DNA of 63,936 bases, filler included, from Olpidium bornovanus S191 (taxonomy: Eukaryota; Fungi; Olpidiomycota), in assembly GCA_017911155.1 (NCBI GenBank). It is 27 parts of 27 records of this genome, joined end to end, with 100 filler letters (N's around TTAATTAATTAA, not from the genome) between each part and the next. Parts side by side here need not be neighbours in the genome. Positions count along the whole stretch, not along the records: positions 35,079 to 38,322 come from JAEFCI010004162.1; positions 38,423 to 40,881 come from JAEFCI010000707.1; positions 40,982 to 43,093 come from JAEFCI010009319.1; positions 43,194 to 46,179 come from JAEFCI010009401.1; positions 46,280 to 49,610 come from JAEFCI010012455.1; 22 more parts are not named here. One strand, given 5' to 3'. This document shows, one piece after another, positions 35,079 through 46,549 of this stretch. The translations under genes were made by a program, and so were the position numbers. Numbering within the stretch: position 1 is the first letter of the stretch; every line of letters begins with the position of its first letter. The notes beneath the pieces were generated by a model. That model was given only the letters and a program-made list of their open reading frames with translations. It had not been told where the DNA came from and did no database searches.

Positions 35079-38040
35079 CGGCGTGCGGATTCGGAAACGT
35101 CGCGGGTTGCGAAACCTGCCCTCTACCTCCCCTTCGCCTCTCCACCCTCCACCGAAGCGCTCTCTTACCGGATCCGATACGAACTCCGTGAACCATGAAG
35201 AAGAAGACGATAATGCTATACGTGACCACCGGTCCGCGCCCGGCGCGCGCGTATTTGCCGTACGAGCCTCTGGACGCTTCGAAAGACTTGTCTTCTTGGA
35301 CCAAGGCGCCGGAGGGTTTGCCGCTGTCGTTGCCCTCGTGCGTCACCTCGACGTCTGGAAGAGAGTGGACGGTCAATTCGTTTTTCTTGATGACTTCGGC
35401 GACGTCGTGCCTCATCTGGTTTCCGGAGGGGTCGTTGATCACGGACAGCTGGTGGCGCTCGATCCTGTTGGAGATGGCGTTCTCGCTGAACTCCACGACG
35501 CTTTTGAAGGAGCTGAGCATGTTGCGGTCGGTGACGGAGAGCTGGTTGACCTCGATGTTGGAAATGTGCAGCTTGTCGGTGTCGACGTCGCCGGTGTCCA
35601 GAGTCGGGGACGCCTGGGAGTTTTTGGCTTTGGCGGGCGCAGGCCCGACAATGAACTCGTCCTCCTCGCCCTCTTCGCCGGAGGCGACGTGATTATTGAT
35701 CACGTCGGCGAACGTCGGTTCGGTGGCCATCAGGTGCTCGTACGTGCCCTGCATCGAGATCTTCCCGTCCTTCATCACCACGACGAGGTCGACCTCCGAG
35801 AGGTACTGCAGCTGGTGGATGGAAAGGATGACGGTCTTTCCCTTGAGATGCGTCTTGAAGCATTCCTGGAAGATGTGCCGGCCAACCGCCTGGTCAACGG
35901 CAGAGAGCGGGTCGTCGAGGAGGATGGTGTCCGCATTGTTGTACACTGGGGACGACGGGGATTTTGGGTGAGAGGGGAGAGGGGGGGGGTTGTTGTCGGT
36001 TGGGGGCGGGGGTGTCAGCAAAAAGGAGCCCGCGGGGGAGAGCGTGGAGACGGGGAAAAATAAATTCCGGTTTCACAGAGACTCACCGGCGCGGGCAAGG
36101 CTGGTGCGCTGCTTTTGGCCTCCGGAAAGGTTGCTGCCGCGCTCGGCGATCTCCGTGTCCTCTCCGCTGACGAGCAGGTTCAAGTCCCGCTGAAGGGCGC
36201 AGACGCGGATCACCTCGTCGAACTTTTCCCTTTCGAACGGCAGGCCGAAAGTGACATTGTCTTTCAGGCTGCAGTTGAGGAGCCACGCCTCCTGAGGGAC
36301 GTAGGACGTCGTCCCGTATATCTCTATCTTCGGACCGCGGACGTGACGAATCTGGCCGAGGAGGGCTGCGCGCGCGTGAAAAACCCAAATGGGAAAATCA
36401 AGATCTTCCAGAAAACCGACAAAAACAAAACAAAACAAAAAAAACCCCCCGCGCCGAGGCCGTCCGTGTGTTGAGAGGGAAGTGGGGAGTACAGACCCGC
36501 AATCAACGAAGACTTTCCGGAGCCGACGTCTCCGATTATGGCGACGATTTGCCCTCTTTTCACGTGCAGGTCGATGTTGGAAATCGTGGGCCCCGCCTTT
36601 TCTTCGCCGTCCCAGCGGAAGTCGCTGTTCTTGATGTGGATGGCGGTCGCGCCTTCCTCGGTGGAGGGAGTGAGGGCCTTGAGCTCCTCGACCTCGTCGC
36701 CCAGGAGGAACTTGGTGATGCGGGCGAACGCGATCGTGGCCGCGGACGAGCTGCCGACGGCCATGGGCAGCATGAGGAACGGGTAGCGCAGGGTGTTGAA
36801 GACCGACAGCACGGTGAACGACACCGAGGCCGTGAGCTTGATGCCGAAGGCGAAGACGTAGACCGATAGGCACGTCAGGGCGACGAACACCGGGATGGCG
36901 AAGACGACCATGAAGTTGAAGGACTTGTAATACATGTTCTTCTTGATGAGCGCCATCTCCGACGCGCGGATCTCCGCCAGGCGGTCGCTGAAAGGCAGCT
37001 CCCACGCGTAGAACTTGATGAGCTTGATGGCCGTCAGGATCTCGGACATGAGGTGGACGCGGGTCGTGGTGATCTGCGTGCTCTCGGACGAGAGCCTGCT
37101 CGAGATCTTTCCCAGCTGGAACTGGACGGGCAGGAGCAGGAGGACGAACGCGAGGGCCGGGAACGCGGAGTAGCCGATCTCGTAGAACGCCAGGACCAGG
37201 ATGAGGGCTGCCTCAACGAACGCCGACCAGAGGAAGTGAAAGTTTGTCACGGCGTCGATCACTTTCGTGACGTCCGTCGAGAGGAGGTTGATCCCCTCTC
37301 CGGCCCCGCCCCTGATGCGGGAGAGGCGGAGGCACTTGCGGTAGATCAGGCCGGTGAGCCCCGCCTTCACCTGAACGCCCATCCGGTAGCACTCGCCGTA
37401 CAGCTGGTGGATGGCGATCGAAGAGAGGAATGAGGCGACGAACATGAGGACGGCCCAGACGTGGCCTTCTGCGGCGGACGGCGCGGGCAAATTTGGATTC
37501 GCATTCGCCTTCGCCGTGAGTTGAAGGTACTCGAGTGTTCTCTTCAGGAGATACCAAGCCGAGCACCAGGTGAAGAAGGCCCAAGTGAGCTTCCACAGTC
37601 CCAGGAGCACGTATTTTTGACCGTACGCGGACTTCAGGGCACGAAGAATCGACGGATTCCTGCAGGATTATTTTTTTCAGGCGGCCACGCCTCATTGATC
37701 AGTTGATTTTGCAGGAAAAAAAAGAAAGAAAGAAAGATAGAAAGAACAAAAAAGAAAAATAGGAATTCGGGGAGCCCCCCGTGAAATTCCCCTCTCGGGA
37801 AACGAATTTTCCGCGAGCTTACTTTGGGCGACGCTGCTTCTCCGCAATCCACGCTTCCTGCAGTTTGTCCGTGTTGAGGGTGGAGTTCTCGCTCTTCGAG
37901 AGGACGAACCCCGCCTTCTTAACGTCGGCAGACCTCGCCCTGATGGCGACGCTCCAGACCCAGGCGTACGTCACCGCCGAAAGGAAATTTGACGGCGCGA
38001 GCCGGAACTGGTTCTTCGGGGGTTTGTACTTCGGCGCCAT
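35079..38040 (-). CDS. ABCC/MRP-type ABC transporter, TMD1-NBD1 and start of TMD2; 3'-truncated, short N-terminus without TMD0
   Basis: NFLSAVTYAW, GEGINLLSTD, IKLIKFYAWE, Walker A GDVGSGKSSL, YVPQEAWLLN, LSGGQKQR, Walker B ILLDDPLSAVD. Confidence 0.96.
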
Positions 38041-38160
38041 TTCGCGAGATTGGGGCGGGGGCGGCGGGAAACTGCTGACTGCGGCGGGCGTCAGACCTGT
38101 TCTTGCCTGCCAACCACAGGCTTCCCGTCTTATAAAAAAAACGAAACCTGGACGATTATT

Positions 38161-38202
<42 letters not shown>

Positions 38203-38422
38203 TTTTTTTTTTTGCGCGAAGGTTTTTTTTTTTTTTCGAAGGTGGCCGTCGTCGTCGGGGGAAACCCGCCTCCGTTGACGTCGGGCTCGCGCCCTTGAGA
38301 ACACGCGCCGCGCTTGGGCCACNNNNNNNNNNNNNNNNNNNNNNNNNNNNNNNNNNNNNNNNNNNNTTAATTAATTAANNNNNNNNNNNNNNNNNNNNNN
38401 NNNNNNNNNNNNNNNNNNNNNN

Positions 38423-39115
38423 CATTCTGTCCGCAACAGAGCCCACAAAGCTGCCAAAAACAGCGCTCGACACGTAGCCAGCCACAAACAGCAAGGCGAT
38501 CGAATCCAGCGGGTAGCCGTAGGCCTTGTACAGAGCATACATGTATGGCCCTGCGACGCACAAAGTTTTTTTTTTTTCCAAACATAAAGCGGGTTTCAGG
38601 CCCGCCACAAAACGGACGCCGTCCTCTCGACTACTCTCAATCCTTCAAAGTCTCCTCGAAAAGTCGACTCAGAGGCTCAGCCCGCCAGGACGCTCTCCGC
38701 CAGGGCAGGCACACGGGGTTACCCTGGCATATCGGCAGGGGACAGTCAAACCGACCTTGTAACCAGTCACCTCCTGGGGTCGAAAGGGCGAGAGGCAATA
38801 ATTGAATTCTAACCATTGTAGACCCGTGACGGGGCCAGGTTGATCACGGAGCAAAAAGCGAGGGCCCAACCTCGGCCTCGGCGTGGCCGCTTTGCCGTCT
38901 TTCCGCACAGAAGCCGCAGGCGCAAACGTACCCATGGTCAGGTAGTAGACGACCAGCCAGTTCCTGCGGAACGCGACGTACGCCGTCCTTAGGCTCTTCC
39001 CACCCTGCGAAAGCACGGCGTCGGCGGGCTTCCTCCAGCAGCGGAGCGCCAGCCAGAGGACCAGGCAGGCGACGGCGAGGGCGTACACCGACTCGCTGAA
39101 GTTCACGGTGGCCAT
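38423..39115 (-). CDS. MFSD5/MOT2-type molybdate-anion transporter, N-terminal part
   Basis: FRRNWLVVYYLTM-GGDWLQG-PYMYALYKAYG...LFVAGYVSSAVFGSFVGSVAD, the family signature. Includes an 18-nt exon at 38756-38773. Confidence 0.92.
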
Positions 39116-39184
39116 CGGTGGCGCGGGCCGGGGGACACTATGTGGGGGGGGGGGGGGTTGCGTGCGGCGTCGATCTCACTCTTG

Positions 39185-39216
<32 letters not shown>

Positions 39217-39777
39217 GACGGTTGTGCTCGCCGCGGGACGCGTTTTTCCGGGACGTTCTCCGCCGGTTTTGGAAAGCGCTTGCTTCCGGAAAGCGCGGGT
39301 TGCAAAACACAAATTTCCGATCTGCAAAAAGAAAAACCGCGTGACCGCAAAAACCCGCAGCTTGCAAGCCCGGTGCACGGTCGCGCAACACGCGGCGACC
39401 GCGCGGCGTTCGGAGTCAAGCGAAAGTCGCGGAAAGAGCGAAAACGAAAGGGCGCTGAAATTGAAAGGGGAAAAACAAAAAAAAAAAAAAAATTTTGCAC
39501 GGTGCGTTTCGGAGCTTCCTCCGAAGTTCTTTTCGACATCGACGACGACTTATCCCTTCCCCTTCCTACATTCCCATCCCCTGTCTGACGGCCACCGTAG
39601 ACCATGCGTCGCGCATTGCGTTCTGCGCCCCAAGAATTTGCACCGTTTGCGGCACTTGCAGTGAACTCTCACGACGCGTACGTTCTACGCGCCGGACGAA
39701 GATTGTACTGTAGCTTTGGACGTGCATTTAAAAAAAAGATCGTAGTCTGCAGAAATGTCCCCACCCCACCCCGAGTT

Positions 39778-40842
39778 CTAGAATCTGTTCGATTGGCCGA
39801 CGTCCGCTCTGTCCGCCAAAGGAGCCTCGTTGCCAGGTTGCGCGTAACGCATTATTCCGTCAGGGTAAGCCGGCGAACCGGCTTTCGCAGGGAGACCTTG
39901 TCTGTTGGCGTGCCTCGGCTGCGCGACCGGAAAGGCGGTTTGGCCGACGCCCACATAACTTCCTTGGACGACGCCGCAGCCGGCGGCCCCCCCGGCCGCT
40001 CCCAGCCCGCGCATGTTGATCTGCCCGTTCATGGCTCCGAATATGGCGGGAGCGACGGCCACGTGCGGCTCCATCGGACCGGGCTCCGCCGCCGTCCAAT
40101 ACTGGTAGTAATTGGGAAGCCCCGTGCCCGAGCTGAGGACGAGCCCGCCGTCTGGCGCGACCGGATCTTCGGGCCTCCGTGCGGCATTGTTGGCGGGACC
40201 GGGAGCGGCGAAGCTGTAGCTGGAACGGGCGCCCGCGCCCGCAGCGTTTGACGCCGCGTTCGGCGGCAGGAGTTCCCCGTGCGACGGCGACGCGTGAAAT
40301 TCCGAGCCGAACAGCGTCGGCGACGCCGGCTCGCCGCCGGTGCGCTTCACCTGCGGCCAGTGCTCGTTTGCAGAGGCGGCTGCGGCGGCGCTCCAGGATC
40401 TGGAAACCGGCTTCGAGGGTAGGCCGCTGAACGCGCCGGGGGTTGCGGCGCCGTCGGGGCCGATCGGCAACGCAGGCGTTCCGACGTAGGGCGGATAGGT
40501 GGGGAGGCCGACATCGCCCAGCGCACTAGGATCCGCCCAGGCCTGCGGCCTAGAGGAGATCGCAAGGGGCCGGGCGAAACCCGCGGACTGCGCCGCGTGA
40601 GTCTGCGCCGCAGGCTCCATCAAGAACGCGCGCGAACCAACGGTGCCGCCGGCAACGCCCGCGACCGCCGTCGCCTGGGGTAAAGTCGGGTTGTAGCGGC
40701 CCGCCGCGAGTCCGCCCGGTGGGGACGAGACCGCGGTCACGTTAACGTGGTGATGCTGCCTCAGCCGCTCGAGCCGGTCCAGCTGCTCGCGGAGTCGTCG
40801 GATCTCCTCGTCCGTCTCGTCCGCCCCGCCGCCGACGTCCAT
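39778..40842 (-). CDS. Hypothetical low-complexity protein with an N-terminal coiled coil
   Basis: 354-codon ATG-started ORF; EEIRRLREQLDRLERLRQ followed by an A/P/G-rich region. Confidence 0.5.
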   Translation of the reverse strand: MDVGGGADETDEEIRRLREQLDRLERLRQHHHVNVTAVSSPPGGLAAGRYNPTLPQATAVAGVAGGTVGSRAFLMEPAAQTHAAQSAGFARPLAISSRPQAWADPSALGDVGLPTYPPYVGTPALPIGPDGAATPGAFSGLPSKPVSRSWSAAAAASANEHWPQVKRTGGEPASPTLFGSEFHASPSHGELLPPNAASNAAGAGARSSYSFAAPGPANNAARRPEDPVAPDGGLVLSSGTGLPNYYQYWTAAEPGPMEPHVAVAPAIFGAMNGQINMRGLGAAGGAAGCGVVQGSYVGVGQTAFPVAQPRHANRQGLPAKAGSPAYPDGIMRYAQPGNEAPLADRADVGQSNRF

Positions 40843-40981
40843 TAAAAAGTCGGGATCTCCGCTTCCTTCGCCGCCGGCGGGNNNNNNNNNNNNNNNNNNN
40901 NNNNNNNNNNNNNNNNNNNNNNNNNTTAATTAATTAANNNNNNNNNNNNNNNNNNNNNNNNNNNNNNNNNNNNNNNNNNNN

Positions 40982-42067
40982 CATGCTCCCGCCAGCACCG
41001 GAAGTGATGCTCGGCCGGGCAACCAGAGTCCGAGCAGAGTGCAACGCGCCCCACGGAAAGTCGAGATCGTCGACGCTGTCCTTTGGGCGCCTTTGCCACG
41101 GGAAACGACCGCAACGGCAGAGAGCGTAGACGAGGGCCAGCGTGACCAGGACACCGGAGGAGATGCCGAATATGAGCGTCAGGTTGGAATTGGCCGGGAT
41201 GCAAGCGTTGGATTCGCAAGAGCCCGACAAGCACTGGACGGCACCATCGCACGCCTGGCCGTCGGCGAGTTTTGCCGTACAGAACCGGGACCGCGAGCAG
41301 AATTCCGTCGCCGCGCAGACCGAGAAGGCTGCGGCGGGGTCGCACTGCGTCGCGTTGGGCGCCGGAGCCGGCAAATCGCCAGCATCCGGGCTGGAGGAGG
41401 TCGGTCGGGGACTGCTGCTGCGTGTCCGCGCAGCCGAAACGTCGGAAGTCGACGGCGGCGGGGATGAGCTAGGCTCCGCACTTGGCGACTGTTGGGATGA
41501 CAGCGTGTCGAGCGGCTGCGGTGCCGGTGTCGAATCGCTCGCAGGCGGTGGGTTAGCGGTCGCCTGCTGCGGATCAGTCGGGGTGTTCGAAGGGGTAACC
41601 AGAGGTGAAGAGTGATTGGACGTAGATGGCGCGGTTGTAGAGTCGGGGGGTTGAGAGTCCGAGGTCGTTGTCTGCGGGGGCTTCGTATCCGTCGATGACC
41701 GTGAAAAGTCGCCGGGCGACTGACTCTGCGGCGGTTGACTCTGCGGCGGCTGACTCTGCGGCGGTTCGGCCGATTTCGTCGCGTCGGCCGTCGCGGGAGA
41801 GCTTTGACTGGAATCCTGCTGCTGGGACGAAACGCCCCCGGTTGTGGTGCTGCTCGCGGTGGCCCCGATGCGATTGGCCGGAGCGTTCTCTGTGGTGCCG
41901 TTTTTGGTGTCGCCGCTAACGATTTCGCCAACGCTCTTGCCGGCGTCGCCGCCGCTGGCGCCGGCGGTGGCACTGCCGTTGCGCGCGGCGTCTCCGGCAT
42001 TTCCGGCATTTGCCCCACTTTGCAGGCTGACCTGCACTGCTTCAGGCGCGGGTTCCGCGTCCGCCAT
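40982..42067 (-). CDS. Mucin-like S/T/P-rich single-pass membrane protein with a juxtamembrane 8-Cys module; 3'-truncated
   Basis: About 250 aa S/T/P/Q-rich stalk, then CDPAAAFSVCAATEFCSRSRFCTAKLADGQACDGAVQCLSGSCESNAC, TM LTLIFGISSGVLVTLALVYAL and a basic cytosolic stop-transfer segment. Confidence 0.8.
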
Positions 42068-43193
42068 CGCTTGACGCCGCGCCCCGCCGTCCGTGCAGGC
42101 GAGGCAGAACCACGCGCGGGAACGGGCCTAGTCACACTTTCGGCCTGCGGAGGACGGCGACGCAGGCGGCGAGGGGCGATGGGGGGGAGGGCGGGGGGCA
42201 GCTGTTGGAGAGGGCGGCGCGCTGCCGGCGGAAAGGCGGCGCGACGGGCGCGGAGGGGCAGCACTCGCTTTGAATCCTGTGACGCCCCGCCGTTTCCCCC
42301 GCTTCCCCGCCCGCTTGGCGAGGCTTGGCGGCAGCGCAACAGGAGGAAAGAGGAGAGGAGGACACGTCCGGCACGCGGAGACGCCGGCACGCGGGGACGT
42401 TCGAGGACGGCCCGCGCACGAGACGGGAAGTTAGGGAGGCCTGTCGGTTGGCGCCGTGCAGAGGGCCCCGGAAGTTCGCTCGGCCAACAGGTGTGGGGAG
42501 AGTGCGCTGCACCCGGGCGTGGCGTGGCGCACGGCGAAGGGAAAACGCGGCGGGCGTGTAGAGAAATTGCACCCGCGTTGACGACGGACGAGAACCGGCT
42601 TTGGTGCGCGTGCCCGACGCACAATAGAAACCCGCTTAAAAACCCCCGAGAGTCTCGAAAGAGAGATGTAGAAAGCAGCCAATGAACCCTTACCAAAAAA
42701 AAAGGGGAACGCTCGGAAAGCGATTGCGCGGCGGGACCGCCGCGGCTAGCGGCATTTGTCTGACGGAGAAACGGGAACGCAAGCGAAAAACGGGGGACGC
42801 CCCCGCGATCATTTTGTTTGCTCTCCCCGCCGCGTCAGCCAACAGAGCAGGCTGTGGCATAAGTACGGCGTCGGCGATGAATCGGTCGCTGTAAAAAGCA
42901 AATCGACGCAGGCGCCGCCGCGCCCGGCGGCGAATCGAAGCCTGGGGAAAGGGGGACGGCAAAAAAGAAAACCATGCGTGACCCGGGAGCCCCGCTGCAA
43001 TGTTTAGCCGCGTATAAAAAGAGCAGAAATTGAAGCTTTTGAGAGAGAACCACGCCGACGAAAAAAACGAACCTAACAAAATAAACCAGATGCNNNNNNN
43101 NNNNNNNNNNNNNNNNNNNNNNNNNNNNNNNNNNNNNTTAATTAATTAANNNNNNNNNNNNNNNNNNNNNNNNNNNNNNNNNNNNNNNNNNNN

Positions 43194-44049
43194 CATGTTG
43201 CAGTGCTCAAACCCACGGTGCGGCGAATGGTACCACGGGTCGTGTTTAAAAATGAGTCGCAAGGAGGCAATGACAATGCAAAGGTTTATGTGCCCGATAT
43301 GCGACGTCAGCCAACATATACCCCGCCAAAGAGAGCGGCCGACGTTTGACGATGTTCAGAAATTCTGCGAGCAAGGGCGAGCTCTCCGGTTCGCTCCCCC
43401 AGAGCTGCCGACGTTGGAGCGTATCGTGCACGTATGCGATGAATTCCGACAGGAAGTCGGAGAGTTCCTCGCCGACAAGGCGAAACTCACTGTCGCGGAC
43501 GAGGCGAAGATCAAACACTACCTGCGCAAGGCGGAGGGAATGAACATCTATCTGGTCCAGGAGACGGGATGCCTGCGAGACCTCGTGCATTGGCTGTGCC
43601 CTTTGCCCGACGACCCGAGCAAGGTCAAAGAGAGGCAAATGCGGGCCGTCGCCGAGCGGCACCGCGAGATCGAGGCCGAGTACGGCGCGCTCCTGGAAGA
43701 GCGCGTGCGCGCGTTCAACGAGGCCGAAAGGCGGGAAGACGAGCTCGGCGGTGTGTTCGAAACGCGCCAGGCCGAAATCGTGCGGTGCATATGCGACCAG
43801 CCGGACGACGACAGCGAGGACAGGTTCTTCGTCGCGTGCGACCGGTGCAACGCGTGGTTTCACGGGGAGTGCGTTCAGGTCACCGGCGACAGGGTGGAGG
43901 CGGAGGAGTGGTTCTGCCCCTCCTGCACAGACAAGAGGCGCAGGCGCCAAGAGATGCTGGACAATCACTCCGCGGAACTCGAGAGGGCGAAGAAGAAGGC
44001 CGCAGAGGCGATCAGGTCCGGCATGGCAGCCGCGACTTTCAGGAGCTGA
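43194..44049 (+). CDS. KDM5/Lid2-like histone demethylase, C-terminal part with two PHD fingers
   Basis: PHD MLQCSNPRCGEWYHGSC...CPIC, linker RPTFDDV...PPEL, terminal PHD CICDQP...VACDRCNAWFHGEC...WFCPSC. JmjC itself is not in the contig. Confidence 0.85.
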
Positions 44050-44773
44050 CGCAAGGGGGCCGAAAGAGGGGAGGAGAAGTTCCCATTTTGTTTTTTTTTT
44101 CTTGTTATACATTTTTTTTTTTAACCCCACGTCAAGGACCTGACAAGCTGCTTAGTGTTAACTGGTAACGTCGCTGCCGCTGAACTCTTGTTTACTCTTT
44201 TTTTTCCTGCTCTTTTGACTACTTAGACCGGATTTGTTATGTCTGTTTCATATCCCGCTCCCCTCTCGCTTTCCCTCTTCTCCGACCTTTCTGCTAGAGC
44301 CTTGCCCAGTGCACGCCTTGCGCAATGTACATATGAGACCTCTCCCCCGAACGTGCGCAATATGCGGGCTTTCAGCAGCTTTGCCAAATGTGGGCCCTTC
44401 CAAGAGTAATCGTTACATGGGGTTTCGTTCCCAAACGTTTCACTTTCTGGAACCTGAATGGTCGCACAGCCGTGGCGCGTTCGCTACACCTTGCTGGACT
44501 CGGGCTTGCTGCCCTGAGTGGCCAAGGTTGATCAAGCCACTACTGCGGTACTTCAGACTTGGGAGCAAGCGAAGCCGGCACTTCCCTGGGCTCTCCGGTG
44601 GTCCCGAAAACAAAGTCACGAATCACGTGACGCATCGACCGGCGAAACGGGCGGCGCACAACAATTTAAACCAACCCAGGCGCGCCGCAGAAGCGCGCGC
44701 CAACCAGTAGCTCCGTGCGAAGTTCTTCCCGCGTTCCCGGACAATTTCAGCTGTCCCCAGCCACCGCGCGGCC

Positions 44774-46179
44774 ATGGTGTCGACCCAGTCCGCAAAAGAC
44801 GTCGCAGCTTTGATCGCGGTCGTCCGCAACCCGCGAGCGTCTGCGCAGCAGGACCTCAGGGCCGCCCTGCGGACGCTTGCCGTGGCGATCGACCGTACGC
44901 GCGGGTTGATGGTTTTTTTTTCCGTTGTGGCTGTTCCGTCATGCCTGTTCGGCGTCGCGACGCATAGCCCCCGCGTCAAACGTTTGTTTTCTTGCGAGTG
45001 ACCCTTGGCGTTGCTCCCCGCCCTTTCCCCCGTTTTCAGCGGGCTCTAGGAACAGCGAGCTCGCTGGTGCCGTCCGGCAGCAGCTCTTGAATGCGACCTC
45101 GCTGCCGGAGCTTTTTGCGCTGTTCGAGCACCCGGACGGGGAAGTCGTGGAAGACGCCGGCGCGCTCGTCGACAAGCTTCTTGAGCAGCTACCGTTTGGC
45201 GCGATTGCAGACGAGCTCGAAGTTCGTGCAATCCGAAACGCGTGCGCGAAGGCCGCTCCGCTGGTGGCCCTCCCCCCACGATAACTCCCCGCCTCCCGGG
45301 ACCCTCGTCCGCAGGAGCCTCTCCGCGCCGGTCTTGCGCACCCGAACTGTTTGGTTCGGCAGTTGGCGTTGCGACAAGTTGTCAAAGCGCTGGCGAACAA
45401 GGCGGACTTTCAGCAGATGGTTCGAAGCCGAGTCTCCGCCGCCGTCGGAACTTTGCGGGGCGGCCGCTGATTCAATCGCGCCCAGGCCCCCAACTCATTA
45501 TACACCTTAACTTCCGCAGTTGGACGCCAAGATCCTTCCGGACATTCTTCGATGCTTGGAGTTTCCTGATTCGATCGTAGCACAGGCCGCCACGGACCTG
45601 CTGAAGAAGGTCAGCGTTCAGATGTTCTTACATCAAAACGCTCCTTTATCCAGCGTCTGACTTTGATTTTTTTGAGGTCTAGATTGCTAATGACGACGCA
45701 GGACTGAACGCAATATTCGCGGAGAGTGAGACGTTGAACCACCTGATGGGAAGGTAAATATTGGAGCGAATTTGCGAGGTATTCCGATCGGTGTGGAATT
45801 ACACTGCGGTGTCTGAAGAGTTCGTTCCGTTGCCCAGGCCGTCAACGTTGAAACTGCGATTGTATGAGCTGGCCGCTCAGATAGCGATCACTTCCGACGC
45901 CGCGTTTGGATTTTGCGTGAACGCCGGGATTTTGGACGGCCTGATGGCCGCTTCTACCGGCGGCGATCTGTTGATGCGGCTGAACGGTGTGGAGATATTT
46001 GGAACTGTGCGTGGTAGTTACAAACGCCCTTCTAATCAATGACTCTCGGCGAGCCTGACATGATGTTTCTGAGCAGCTAGCGCAGAGCCGAAAAGGATTC
46101 GAGTATATCGAGCGTTCCGGAGCGTTCAAGACGTTTGCCGTTGATTTGTCGCCCCTGACAGAGGGGAGGACTGCCGAGA
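44774..46179 (+). CDS. 26S proteasome assembly chaperone PSMD5/S5b (Hsm3)-like; 3'-truncated
   Basis: HEAT-like exons: LRAGLAHPNCLVRQLALRQV, ILRCLEFPDSIVAQAA, LRLYELAAQIA...GILDGL...DLLMRLNGVEI. Confidence 0.75.
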
Positions 46180-46549
46180 NNNNNNNNNNNNNNNNNNNNN
46201 NNNNNNNNNNNNNNNNNNNNNNNTTAATTAATTAANNNNNNNNNNNNNNNNNNNNNNNNNNNNNNNNNNNNNNNNNNNNAAATGGTTTTGCGACGTGAAG
46301 GGTGAAGAAAGGAACACTAGTTGACTATCAGCAGTGGCATTAACTAGCTACGCATATGCTGAAGAAATTACGTTGCGTTGGGAAATGCACAATCCATGGA
46401 GATGTAAAAAACTAAGGGTAATTAAGAACGTGGTGTCATCGACAGTTGGTGACGATGGAAAGGTGACAAGATTAGAGACGGATGCCAGCGTAGAAATCGA
46501 CGACGATGTTAAATAAATTCTGAGTGGAACAAAACGGTCAAAAAGAAGA

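Noticed and set aside
35083-36063. 326-aa plus-strand ORF, and similar long ORFs at 16745-17851, 23801-24775, 31787-33190, 41179-42696 and 43246-44130
   Set aside because: These are antisense or alternative-frame shadows of GC3-rich genes or GC-rich non-coding DNA, with low-complexity R/P/G/A composition and no motifs.
39183-39215. (CT)n microsatellite and other short simple repeats
   Set aside because: Ordinary promoter-proximal microsatellites with no further structure.
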